A DNA stretch of 64,000 nt from Anaeramoeba ignava BMAN (taxonomy: Eukaryota; Protista; Anaeramoebae). Positions within the stretch are counted from its first letter, which is position 1, and each line of letters opens with the position of its first letter. The stretch is from contig JAPDFW010000103.1 in the NCBI GenBank assembly GCA_028826165.1, positions 682,001 to 746,000 on the forward strand, written 5' to 3'. Positions 12,340-25,200 of the stretch are shown here, one piece after another. The notes under the pieces are model-generated. The model saw only the letters and a program-made list of their open reading frames with translations, made no database searches and was not told the origin of the DNA. The position numbers were made by a program, and so were the translations under genes.

Positions 12340-14468
12340 ATGGAAAGTATTTTTGATGCTCTTTCTCAATCTGATTACCAAAACTTAAAAATACTTTTAG
12401 ATTCAGGGATTGATCCAAATATTACAGATGTAATAATTAATTCATAAATAATTTACATTTTAAAAACTTTTCCCAAAAGAAAAAAAAAATTTTTAAAAAA
12501 GAAAAAAAAAATTTTTTTTTAATAATTTAAATTTATATTTAAAACAAAAATTACAGCAAGTAAATTCTCTTAAATTATCTTTAAAACTCAAATTTAAACC
12601 CAAAAATCAAATTTAAATTACAAATAAAGGAAGTAATTTTTCCGAATTGTTTTTTTATAAAAATCAAAAAGAAAATATTTAATATATTTTTTTGATTTTG
12701 ATTTTTATTTTAGAATGGATATACTCCCTTATTCTATATTTGCACATATCAATTACCTCTAGAATTTGCATCTCTTCTCCTCTCAGCTGGAGCTGATGTT
12801 AATGCAAAGGCAGTAATTTATTTATTTATTAATTTATTTATTGATTTCCCAAAATTTTATTGAATATGAATTAAATTTTCTTTTTAGAAAGTAAATCAAT
12901 CACATTTTCAATTTTAGTTCAAAAAATTTTTTTTTCTTCTTCTTCTTCTTCTTCTTCTTAATAAATTCATTAATTTTGTTTATAAAAAAAATCAAATGAA
13001 AAGGTTGTAAATATTAATAACATATTTTTATTTTTTCATCAAATCAAGTGAAACAAAATATTTTAAATTGTAATTTTTGTTTCTTCCTTTTTTTTTTTAG
13101 AATCGAACTTTATTACAGCATGCTTGCATTAAAAAAGTTTCTCTTGATGTTTTAGAATTAATTTTAACTTCAGGTGCTGAAGTTAATGCAAGAACAGGAG
13201 TATATATTTTTAATAAATAAATTTTTTATTTTTATTTTTAATATTATTTATTTTTATTTTTAATATTTTTGGAAAAAATTTAGTATGTAATTTTGACAAT
13301 AAAAATTGAAAAAGAAATTTGTTTATTTTATTTTATTTCGAATATCCCATTTTTAGATGGTAATAATATTATTATTATCATTTAGTTTTTTTTTTTTGGT
13401 TTTAATTTTTTCATCTGAAATTTGAATTAAAAATAAAAATAAATAATATTAATTCAGAAAAAAACCGCATTACATCATGCTTGTCATCATAATTGTGGTA
13501 TTCCTCTTATAAAATTATTACTTGATTATGGTGCAGATTTATCTACACAAGATGTATTCTTAATTTTAATATTTACATAAAACAAAACAAAAAATTTACT
13601 TTTATTTTTAATATTTTATAAAAAATTAGATGGTTTGTGATTTTTGTTTTATTTGTTTTAATTTCAATATTAAATTTAAATTTAAATTAGTTTGTAAGTT
13701 ATTCTGAATTTTTATGAATTCTTATGAATTCTTATCGGATAAACAAAACAGGGTAAAACACCAAGAGATAGCGCGAAAAGCAAAGAATTAAAAGAATTTC
13801 TTGATAGTTATGAATCAATAACATCTGATATGGATAAATTATTCCGCTCGCAAATAGGATGTGATATTACTTTGACAACATGTGATGACAAAATATCGTT
13901 TCATAAAGTGCTTTTTTTCCATCGAGTGGGGCATTCTCATCTGGAGAAAATACAGAGAGTGTTCCGCAGTAAAACAAGGAACGAGGTCATCAGGTTTATG
14001 AAGTGGATTTATTCAGGAATTCTTGACAATCGATTAACAAATTATTCAGCATTTGAACAAGAACTTGGAATCATTGATTTCAAAAAAAAAACAGGAAGAA
14101 ATGGATTGATTATTGATTTGCAAAAATGTTATTTAGATGATAAATCAAAGGATTTCCAAATATTTGTGGATTCTGTTCCCATTCCAGTTCATAAGTTCAT
14201 TCTGATAGCAAGAAGTGGTTTGTATCGAGGAATGTTTTCAAGTGTTGTTGATGATTCTAATAAGGTTACTGATTATAGTGGAAGAAGTTTAGAAACTCTT
14301 CAACAGTTGATTAAATTTTTTTATATAGATTCTATTGATCTTGGTCTTTCTGAAGATGTTTTGATTGAATTAAATGAAGGAATAGATTTTTATCAATTGT
14401 CTGCAAATACTACTTTGCCTTATGAAATTGAATCTTCAAGAAAAGCAAGAGAACAACAAAAAGTTTAA
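12340..14468 (+). CDS. Ankyrin-repeat protein with C-terminal tandem BTB-like domains
   Basis: Exons 12340-12429, 12714-12812, 13101-13199, 13458-13553, 13752-14468. ANK motifs GYTPLFYIC…LLLSAGADVNAK and KTALHHAC…LLLDYGAD; BTB motif KDFQIFVDSVPIPVHKFILIARSGLYRGMF. Confidence 0.9.
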
Positions 14469-14559
14469 TTTTTCTTTTGATTTTTAACAGAATTAAAGTT
14501 TAATTTGAATCAAAAAAAAAATCAAATTTTTTTATAAATTTTTATCAACAACTCAAAAA

Positions 14560-15720
14560 AATTATTTACAAAATTAAATTGAAATTAATTTAAAAATTAA
14601 TTAATGATCTTTATTAACAAAAATACAACAAATTAATTATAAAATTAATTTGAAATTAAGAATAAAAATTAATTAATGATCTTTATTAACAAAAATATAA
14701 CAAATTATTTATAAAATTAATTTGAAATTAAGAATAAAAATTAATAAATGATCTTTATTAAATTTTAAATTGAAATTAAGAATAAAAATTAATTAATGAT
14801 CTTTATTAAATTTTAAATTGAAATTAAGAATAAAAATTAATAAATGATCTTTATTAACAAAAATATAACAAATTAATTATAAAATTAAATTGAAAATATA
14901 ACAAATTATTTATAAAATTAAATTGAAAATTAAGAATAAAAATTAATTATTGATCTTTATTAACAAAAATATAACAAATTATTTATAAAATTAAATTGAA
15001 ATTAATAAATGATCTTTATTAAATTTTAAATTGAAATTTTAATTGAAAATTAATTAATGATCTTTATTAACAAAAATATAACAAATTAATTATAAAATTA
15101 AATTGAAATTAAGAATAAAAATTAATAAATGATCTTTATTAACAAAAATACAACAAATTAATTATAAAATTAATTTGAAAATTAATAAATGATCTTTATT
15201 AAATTTTAAATTGAAATTAAGAATAAAAATTAATAAATGATCTTTATTAACAAAAATACAACAAATTATTTATAAAATTAAATTGAAAATTAAGAATAAA
15301 AAATTTAATAAATGATCTTTATTAACAAAAATACAACAAATTAATTATAAAATTAATTTGAAAATTAATTAATGATCTTTATTAAATTTTAAATTGAAAT
15401 TAAGAATAAAAATTAATAAATGATCTTTATTAACAAAAATACAACAAATTATTTACAAAATTAATTTGAAATTAAGAATAAAAATTGATAAATGATCTTT
15501 ATTAAATTTTAAATTGAAATTAAGAATAAAAATTAATAATTGATCTTTATTAACAAAAATACAACAAATTATTTATAAAATTAAATTGAAATTAATTTGA
15601 AAATTAATAAATGATCTTTATTAACAAAAATATAACAAATTAATTATAAAATTAAATTGAAATTAATTTAAAAATTGATAATTGATCTTTATTAAATTTT
15701 AAATTGAAATTTTAATTGAA
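14560..15720. repeat. Intergenic minisatellite with 18 copies of GATCTTTATT, built from ~12-bp submodules
   Basis: GATC cores run from 14606 to 15684, spaced mostly 48, 60 or 72 bp apart. Confidence 0.9.
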
Positions 15721-16273
15721 AATTGTCTAATGATTTTTTTTAAAAAATTAAAAATTAATTAAATTAAATAAAGTAAGTAAATTAATTTAAAAATTATTAT
15801 TTAAATCAAAAATTTTTTTTCAATCCCCCTTTCTTTTAAAATGATCAACTGGATCTCCTTTTTAATCTTTAACTTTTCTTTCCTTTATTTTTATAAATTA
15901 AATTTTAAATCTTTTGTTATTAAAGGATCAAAATTTAAAATAAACACGAAAGAAAAAAAAAAATTTTTTTTAAATTAAATTTTAATTAAAAATTGAAACG
16001 TAAGGATTTCTTTTTGTTGATTTTCTTTCTTAAAAATCTTTTTAACTTTAAAATCAACATTTCTATTCTTATTTATTATCTTTTTTTAAATTTAATTTTT
16101 TTTGCTTTTTTTTATTTCAAAAAAAAAAAAAATAAAAAAGGAGAAAACTTAAATAGATCAAAAAAAATAAAATAAAAAATAATAAAATTTCATTTTTATC
16201 TTAATTAATTAATTAGTTAGTTAATTAATTTCTTAATTGATTAATTTACTTTTCAAAAAAAAAAGAAGTTATT

Positions 16274-19200
16274 ATGGGAAATAAACTTGAACAACTTATT
16301 AAGAAAAAATATAAGGTAAATTTTTCTTAATTTAATTTATTTCATTTAATTTAATTTATTTTAATTGTTTGGCAAATACAAAAATGATTTAAATTTTCAT
16401 TTTAAATAAAATAAAAACAATTGTTTAATTAAATTTAATTTAATTTTCTTTTAAAAACAATTTTAAAAAAAATTTTTTTTTTTCTTTTGTGTCTTTTGAT
16501 CTTTTTTTATTTTAACTTAAAATTAACTTAAAACTAACTTAAACTTAATTAATAAAAATAAATAGAAAGCGCTTGAATCAAAAAAACTGGTTTTAGAATC
16601 TTACAAACTAACTGAAGTACCTGATAAAATTTTCGATCTTTCCGCTTTACTTGAATTAAGTCTTGATAACAATGAACTCTTAAAAATTTCTGATAGAATC
16701 AAAGAACTGAAATCACTTAAAAAATTAACTGTTAAGAAAAACAAGTTACTTATTTTACCAAACGTTTCTGATCTAAAAAACTTAGAGTATGTTGATCTTA
16801 GTTACAATATTTTTGTGGATTTTCCTGAAGATCTTTTAAACTGTCAAGAACTCACTTATTTATCATTTCGCAACAATCATCTCACTGAAATTCCTCCAAA
16901 AATTCAAAACTTGAAAAAACTTCAAACTCTTGATTTACGTTCAAATCAAATTCAAGTAGTTCCTTTTGAAATTACAGAACTTCCAGACCTTAAATCCCTT
17001 CTTCTTGATGATAATCCTATTATTTATCCTCCAAAAAAACAAACAAAAAATTTCAACAAAATGATTCAATACTTAAAAGGTAATTAAAGAATTCAAATAT
17101 TTTTATTTTTATTTTTATTTTTATTTTTATTTTTATTTTTATTTTTATTTTTATTTTTATTTTTATTTTTATTTTTATTTTTATTTTTACTTTTATTTTT
17201 ATTTTTACTTTTATTTTTATTTTTATTTTTATTTTTATTTTTATTTTTATAGATGAAAAAAATAAGAAACCTGAAGAACGTGATTTCGAAAAGATCACGG
17301 AAAAAATCAAACAAAAACCTAAGTCTAAATCTAAATCTAAGTCTAAGTCTAAATCCAAATCTAAATCTAAGTCTAAATCTAAGTCTAAATCCAAATCATC
17401 AAAATCCAAATCATCTAAATCTAAATCAAAATCCAAATCATCAAAATCAAAATCAAAATCAAAATCAAAATCAAAATCTAAATCTAAATCTAAATCTAAA
17501 TCTAAATCTAAATCATCAACATCTGATGAAGATAAAAAGAATGAAAAACAAAAGAAAAAGCAGGAGGAAGAAGAAAAAAGAAAAGAAGCTGAAAGATTAA
17601 AAGAAGAAGAAAGATTAAAAGAAGCTGAAAGAATTAAAGAAGAAGAAAGATTAAAAGAACAAAAAAGATTAAAAGAACAAAAAAGAATAGAAGAACAAAA
17701 AAGATTAGAAGAAGAAAAATTAAAAGAAGAAAAAAGAAAAGAAGCTGAAAGAATTAAAGAAGAAGAAAGATTAAAAGAACAAAAAAGAATAGAAGAACAA
17801 AAAAGAATAGAAGAACAAAAAAGAATAAAAGAACAAAAAAGAATAGAAGAACAAAAAAGAATAGAAGAACAAAAAAGATTGGAAGAACAAAAAAGATTGG
17901 AAGAAGAAAGAATAAAAGAACAAAAAAGATTAGAAGAAGAAGAAGAAAAAAAGAAAAAGAAATCTAAATCTAAATCTAAATCTAAATCTAAATCTAAATC
18001 TAAATCTAAATCTAAATCTAAATCTAAATCTAAATCTAAATCTAAATCTAAATCTAAATCTAAATCATCCACATCCACATCAACATCAACATCTGATGAA
18101 GATAAAAAGAAGGCAAAACAAAAGAAAAAGCATGAGGAAGAAGAAAAAAGAAAAGAAGCTGAAAGATTAAAAGAAGCAGAAAGATTAAAAGAACAAAAAA
18201 GATTGGAAGAAGAAAAAAGATTAGAAGAAGAAAGATTAAAAGCAGAAAGAATAAAAGAACAAAAAAGATTAGAAGAAGAAAGATTAAAAGAAGAAAGATT
18301 AAAAGAAGAAAAAAGATTAGAAGAAGAAAGATTAAAAGAAGAAAAAAGATTAGAAGCAGAAAGAATAAAAGAACAAAAAAGATTAGAAGCAGAAAGAATA
18401 AAAGAACAAAAAAGATTAGAAGAACAAAAAAGATTAGAAGAACAAAAAAGATTAGAAGAACAAAAAAGATTAGAAGAACAAAAAAGATTAGAAGCTGAAA
18501 GATTAAAAGAACAAGAAAGATTAAAAGAAGAAAAAAGATTAGAAGAAGAAAAAAGATTAGAAGAAGAAAGATTAAAAGAACAAAAAAGATTAGAAGAAGA
18601 AGAAAAAAAGAAAAAGAAATCAAAATCAAAATCAAAATCAAAATCAAAATCAAAATCAAAATCAAAATCAAAATCAAAATCAAAATCAAAATCATCAACA
18701 TCTACATCTACATCTGATTCAGAAAAAAAGAAGAATAAAAATAAATCAAAAGAAAGCAATGAAAAAACTCAAGAAGAAAAAGAAAAAGAAGAAAAAAGAA
18801 AGCAAGACAAAAAAAGAGAAAAAAGAAGATTGAAGCAACAAATCGCTAAAGCCGAACAACGGAAAAAAGAGAGACAAAGATTACAAAAAGCAAAATCATT
18901 CCAAATAAAGAAAGAAAATGAAAGAAAAAAACAAGAAGAAAAAAAGAAAGAAGCAGAAAGAATTAAAGAACAAAAAAGAAAAGAAGCAGAAAGAACTAGA
19001 GAAGAAAAAAGAAAAGAAGCTGAAAGAATAAAAGAAGAAAAAAGATTAGAAGCAGAAAGAATAAAAGAACAAAAAAGATTAGAAGAAGAAGAAAAAAAGA
19101 AAGAAGCTGAAAGAATTAAAGAAGAAAAAAGATTAGAAGCTGAAAGAAAAAAAGCAGAAAAACAAATGAAAAAACAAAAATCAAAAGATGGATCTCCAAA

Positions 19201-22200
19201 AAAATCTAAATCTATTCTTTCATTTTTAAAATCAAAAAAAAAATCAAAAGATGAAAAATCAAAAGATGAAAAATCAAAATCTAAATCTAAATCAAAATCT
19301 AAATCTAAATCTAAATCTAAATCTAAATCAAAATCTAAATCTAAATCTAAATCAAAATCAAAATCAAAATCAAAATCAAAATCATCTGACGAAGATAAAA
19401 AGAAAATTGAAAAACCTAAAGAAGAAATTCAACAACAAAAACCAAAAGAAGAAATTGTTGAAATTGAAAAACCAAAAGAAATTCAACAACAAGATCAACA
19501 AAAACCAAAAGAAGAAATTGTTGAAATTGAAAAACCAAAATCAAAATCAAAATCAAAATCAAAATCAAAATCAAAATCATCAACATCAACATCAACATCA
19601 TCAGATGATGATAAAGAACTTGATGAAAATAAAAAAGCAGAAAAAAAGAAATTAAGAGAAGAAAAGAAAAGAATTAAAGAAGAAAAAAAGAAAGAAGCTG
19701 AAAGAATTAAAGAAGAAAAAAGATTAGAAGCTGAAAGAATAAAAGAACAAAAAAGATTAGAAGAAGAAGAAAAAAAGAAAGAAGCAGAAAGAATAAAAGA
19801 AGAGAAAAGATTAGAAGCTGAAAGAATAAAAGAACAAAAAAGATTAGAAGAAGAAGAAAAAAAGAAAGAAGCAGAAAGAATTAAAGAAGAAAAAAAGAAA
19901 GAAGCAGAAAGAATAAAAGAACAAAAAAGATTAGAAGCTGAAAGAATAAAAGAAGAAAAAAGATTAGAAGCAGAAAGAATAAAAGAACAAAAAAGATTAG
20001 AAGAAGAAGAAAAAAAGAAAGAAGCAGAAAGAATAAAAGAAGAAAAAAGATTAGAAGCAGAAAGAAAAAAAGCAGAAAAACAAATGAAAAAACAAAAATC
20101 GAAAGATGAAAAACCAAAAAAATCTAAATCTATTCTTTCATTTTTAAAATCAAAAAAAAAATCAAAAGATGAAAAATCAAAAGATGAAAAATCAAAATCT
20201 AAATCTAAATCAAAATCAAAATCAAAATCTAAATCAAAATCAAAATCAAAATCTAAATCAAAATCAAAATCAAAATCAAAATCAAAATCAAAATCAAAAT
20301 CATCAGATGAAGATAAAAAGAAAATTAAAAAACCTAAAGAAGAAATTCAACAACAAAAACCAAAAGAAGAAATTGTTGAAATTGAAAAACCAAAAGAAAT
20401 TCAACAACAAGATCAACAAAAACCAAAAGAAGAAATTGTTGAAATTGAAAAACCAAAATCTAAATCAAAATCAAAATCTAAATCAAAATCAAAATCTAAA
20501 TCAAAATCAAAATCTAAATCTAAATCAAAATCTAAATCTAAATCAAAATCTAAATCAAAATCAAAATCTAAATCTAAATCAAAATCTAAATCTAAATCAA
20601 AATCTAAATCAAAATCTAAATCAAAATCAAAATCTAAATCAAAATCAAAATCATCAACATCAACATCAACATCATCAGATGATGATAAAGAACTTGATGA
20701 AAATAAAAAAGCAGAAAAAAAGAAATTAAGAGAAGAAAAGAAAAGAATTAAAGAAGAAAAAAAGAAAGAAGCAGAAAGAATTAAAGAAGAGAAAAGATTA
20801 GAAGCAGAAAGAATAAAAGAACAAAAAAGATTAGAAGCTGAAGAAAAAAAGAAAGAAGCTGAAAGAATAAAAGAAGAAAAAAAGAAAGAAGCTGAAAGAA
20901 TAAAAGAAGAAAAAAGATTAGAAGCTGAAAGAATAAAAGAACAAAAAAGATTAGAAGCTGAAGAAAAAAAGAAAGAAGCTGAAAGAATAAAAGAAGAAAA
21001 AAGATTAGAAGCAGAAAGAATTAAAGAAGAAAAAAGATTAGAAGCTGAAAGAATAAAAGAACAAAAAAGATTAGAAGCTGAAGAAAAAAAGAAAGAAGCT
21101 GAAAGAATCAAAGAAGAAAAAAGATTAGAAGCAGAAAGAAAAAAAGCAGAAAAACAAATGAAAAAACAAAAATCAAAAGATGAAAAATCTAAATCATCAA
21201 AAACTTCTAAATCTAAATCTAAATCTAAATCTAAATCTAAATCTAAATCTAAATCTAAATCAAAATCTAAATCAAAATCTAAATCTAAATCTAAATCTAA
21301 ATCATCAACATCAACATCAGATGAAGATAAAAAGAAAATTAAAAAACCTAAAGAAGAAATTCAACAACAAAAACCAAAAGAAGAAATTGTTGAAATTGAA
21401 AAACCAAAAGAAATTCAACAACAAGATCAACAAAAACCCAAAGAAGAAATTGTTGAAATTCAAAAACCAAAATCTAAATCTAAATCAAAATCAAAATCAA
21501 AATCAAAATCTAAATCAAAATCTAAATCTAAATCTAAATCTAAATCTAAATCAAAATCTAAATCTAAATCTAAATCAAAATCTAAATCAAAATCAAAATC
21601 ATCAACATCAACATCAACATCATCAGATGATGATAAAGAACTTGATGAAAATAAAAAAGCAGAAAAAAAGAAATTAAGAGAAGAAAAGAAAAGAATTAAA
21701 GAAGAAAAAAAGAAAGAAGCTGAAAGAATTAAAGAAGAAAAAAGATTAGAAGCTGAAAGAATAAAAGAACAAAAAAGATTAGAAGAAGAAGAAAAAAAGA
21801 AAGAAGCTGAAAGAATTAAAGAACAAAAAAGATTAGAAGCAGAAAGAATAAAAGAACAAAAAAGATTAGAAGAAGAAGAAAAAAAGAAAGAAGCTGAAAG
21901 AATCAAAGAAGAAAAAAGATTAGAAGCTGAAAGAATTAAAGAACAAAAAAGATTAGAAGAAGAAGAAAAAAAGAAAGAAGCAGAAAGAATAAAAGAAGAA
22001 AAAAGATTAGAAGCAGAAAGAAAAAAAGCAGAAAAACAAATGAAAAAACAAAAATCAAAAGATGAAAAACCAAAAAAATCTAAATCTATTCTTTCATTTT
22101 TAAAATCAAAAAAAAAATCAAAAGATGAAAAATCAAAAGATGAAAAATCTAAATCTAAATCTAAATCAAAATCAAAATCAAAATCAAAATCTAAATCTAA

Positions 22201-25200
22201 ATCTAAATCAAAATCAAAATCAAAATCAAAATCAAAATCAAAATCATCAACATCAACATCAGATGAAGATAAAAAGAAAATTAAAAAAGTTAAAGAAGAA
22301 ATTCAACAACAAAAACCAAAAGAAGAAATTGTTGAAATTGAAAAACCAAAAGAAATTCAACAACAAGATCAACAAAAACCCAAAGAAGAAATTGTTGAAA
22401 TTCAAAAACCAAAATCTAAATCTAAATCAAAATCAAAATCAAAATCAAAATCTAAATCAAAATCTAAATCTAAATCTAAATCTAAATCTAAATCAAAATC
22501 TAAATCTAAATCTAAATCAAAATCTAAATCAAAATCAAAATCTAAATCTAAATCTAAATCTAAATCAAAATCTAAATCAAAATCATCAACATCAACATCA
22601 ACATCATCAGATGATGATAAAGAACTTGATGAAAATAAAAAAGCAGAAAAAAAGAAATTAAGAGAAGAAAAGAAAAGAATTAAAGAAGAAAAAAAGAAAG
22701 AAGCTGAAAGAATTAAAGAACAAAAAAGATTAGAAGCAGAAAGAATTAAAGAACAAAAAAGATTAGAAGCTGAAGAAAAAAAGAAAGAAGCTGAAAGAAT
22801 CAAAGAAGAAAAAAAGAAAGAAGCTGAAAGAATTAAAGAACAAAAAAGATTAGAAGAAGAAGAAAAAAAGAAAGAAGCTGAAAGAATCAAAGAAGAAAAA
22901 AGATTAGAAGCAGAAAGAATAAAAGAACAAAAAAGATTAGAAGCTGAAGAAAAAAAGAAAGAAGCAGAAAGAATTAAAGAACAAAAAAGATTAGAAGAAG
23001 AAGAAAAAAAGAAAGAAGCAGAAAGAATAAAAGAAGAAAAAAGATTAGAAGCAGAAAGAAAAAAAGCAGAAAAACAAATGAAAAAACAAAAATCGAAAGA
23101 TGAAAAACCAAAAAAATCTAAATCTATTCTTTCATTTTTAAAATCAAAAAAAAAATCAAAAGATGAAAAATCAAAAGATGAAAAATCAAAAGATGAAAAA
23201 TCAAAATCTAAATCTAAATCAAAATCTAAATCTAAATCTAAATCAAAATCTAAATCTAAATCAAAATCAAAATCAAAATCAAAATCTAAATCAAAATCAA
23301 AATCAAAATCAAAATCAAAATCAAAATCAAAATCATCAGATGAAGATAAAAAGAAAATTGAAAAACCTAAAGAAGAAATTCAACAACAAAAACCAAAAGA
23401 AGAAATTGTTGAAATTGAAAAACCAAAAGAAATTCAACAACAAGATCAACAAAAACCAAAAGAAGAAATTGTTGAAATTGAAAAACCAAAATCTAAATCT
23501 AAATCAAAATCTAAATCAAAATCAAAATCTAAATCTAAATCAAAATCTAAATCAAAATCTAAATCAAAATCAAAATCTAAATCAAAATCAAAATCATCAA
23601 CATCAACATCAACATCATCAGATGATGATAAAGAACTTGATGAAAATAAAAAAGCAGAAAAAAAGAAATTAAGAGAAGAAAAGAAAAGAATTAAAGAAGA
23701 AAAAAAGAAAGAAGCAGAAAGAATTAAAGAAGAGAAAAGATTAGAAGCAGAAAGAATAAAAGAACAAAAAAGATTAGAAGCTGAAGAAAAAAAGAAAGAA
23801 GCTGAAAGAATAAAAGAAGAAAAAAAGAAAGAAGCTGAAAGAATTAAAGAAGAAAAAAGATTAGAAGCTGAAAGAATAAAAGAACAAAAAAGATTAGAAG
23901 CTGAAGAAAAAAAGAAAGAAGCTGAAAGAATAAAAGAAGAAAAAAGATTAGAAGCTGAAAGAATTAAAGAAGAAAAAGATTAGAAGCTGAAAGAATAAAA
24001 GAACAAAAAGATTAGAAGCTGGAAGAAAAAAGAAAGAAGCTGAAAGAATCAAAGAAGAAAAAGATTAGAAGCAGAAAGAAAAAGCAGAAAAACAAATGAA
24101 AAACAAAAATCAAAAGATGAAAAATCTAAATCATCAAATTTTAAAATCAAAAATCTAAATCTAAATCTAAATCTAAATCTAAATCTAAATCTAAATCTAA
24201 ATCAAAATCAAAATCTAAATCTAAATCTAAATCATCAACATCAACATCAGATGAAGATAAAAAGAAAATTAAAAAACCTAAAGAAGAAATTCAACAACAA
24301 AAACCAAAAGAAGAAATTGTTGAAATTGAAAAACCAAAAGAAATTCAACAACAAGATCAACAAAAACCCAAAGAAGAAATTGTTGAAATTCAAAAACCAA
24401 AATCTAAATCTAAATCTAAATCTAAATCTAAATCTAAATCTAAATCTAAATCTAAATCTAAATCTAAATCTAAATCTAAATCAAAATCTAAATCTAAATC
24501 AAAATCAAAATCTAAATCAAAATCTAAATCTAAATCAAAATCATCAACATCAACATCATCAGATGATGATAAAGAACTTGATGAAAATAAAAAAGCAGAA
24601 AAAAAGAAATTAAGAGAAGAAAAGAAAAGAATTAAAGAAGAAAAAAAGAAAGAAGCTGAAAGAATTAAAGAAGAGAAAAGATTAGAAGCAGAAAGAATAA
24701 AAGAACAAAAAAGATTAGAAGAAGAAGAAAAAAAGAAAGAAGCAGAAAGAATTAAAGAACAAAAAAGATTAGAAGCAGAAAGAATAAAAGAACAAAAAAG
24801 ATTAGAAGAAGAAGAAAAAAAGAAAGAAGCAGAAAGAATTAAAGAAGAAAAAAAGAAAGAAGCTGAAAGAATAAAAGAACAAAAAAGATTAGAAGCTGAA
24901 AGAATAAAAGAAGAAAAAAGATTAGAAGCTGAAAGAATAAAAGAAGAGAAAAAGAAAGAAGCAGAAAGAATCAAAGAAGAAAAAAGATTAGAAGCAGAAA
25001 GAAAAAAAGCAGAAAAACAAATGAAAAAACAAAAATCAAAAGATGAAAAATCTAAATCATCAAAAACTTCTAAATCTAAATCTAAATCTAAATCTAAATC
25101 TAAATCTAAATCTAAATCTAAATCTAAATCTAAATCTAAATCAAAATCTAAATCTAAATCTAAATCTAAATCATCAACATCAACATCAGATGAAGATAAA

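Noticed and set aside
13554-13751. Second U12 intron (donor GTATTCTT)
   Set aside because: The donor has one mismatch to GTATCCTT and there is no convincing U12 branch site; it is probably an ordinary U2 intron.
14560-15720. CRISPR-like array
   Set aside because: The spacers are not unique, the context is eukaryotic, and there are no cas genes.
23975-24150. Frameshifts and stop in the giant repeat gene as programmed frameshifting or pseudogenisation
   Set aside because: Several single-A losses in homopolymers are clustered in one short patch (and again at ~25510-25620) while flanking units are intact, which is typical of unpolished long-read error. Raw reads would settle it.
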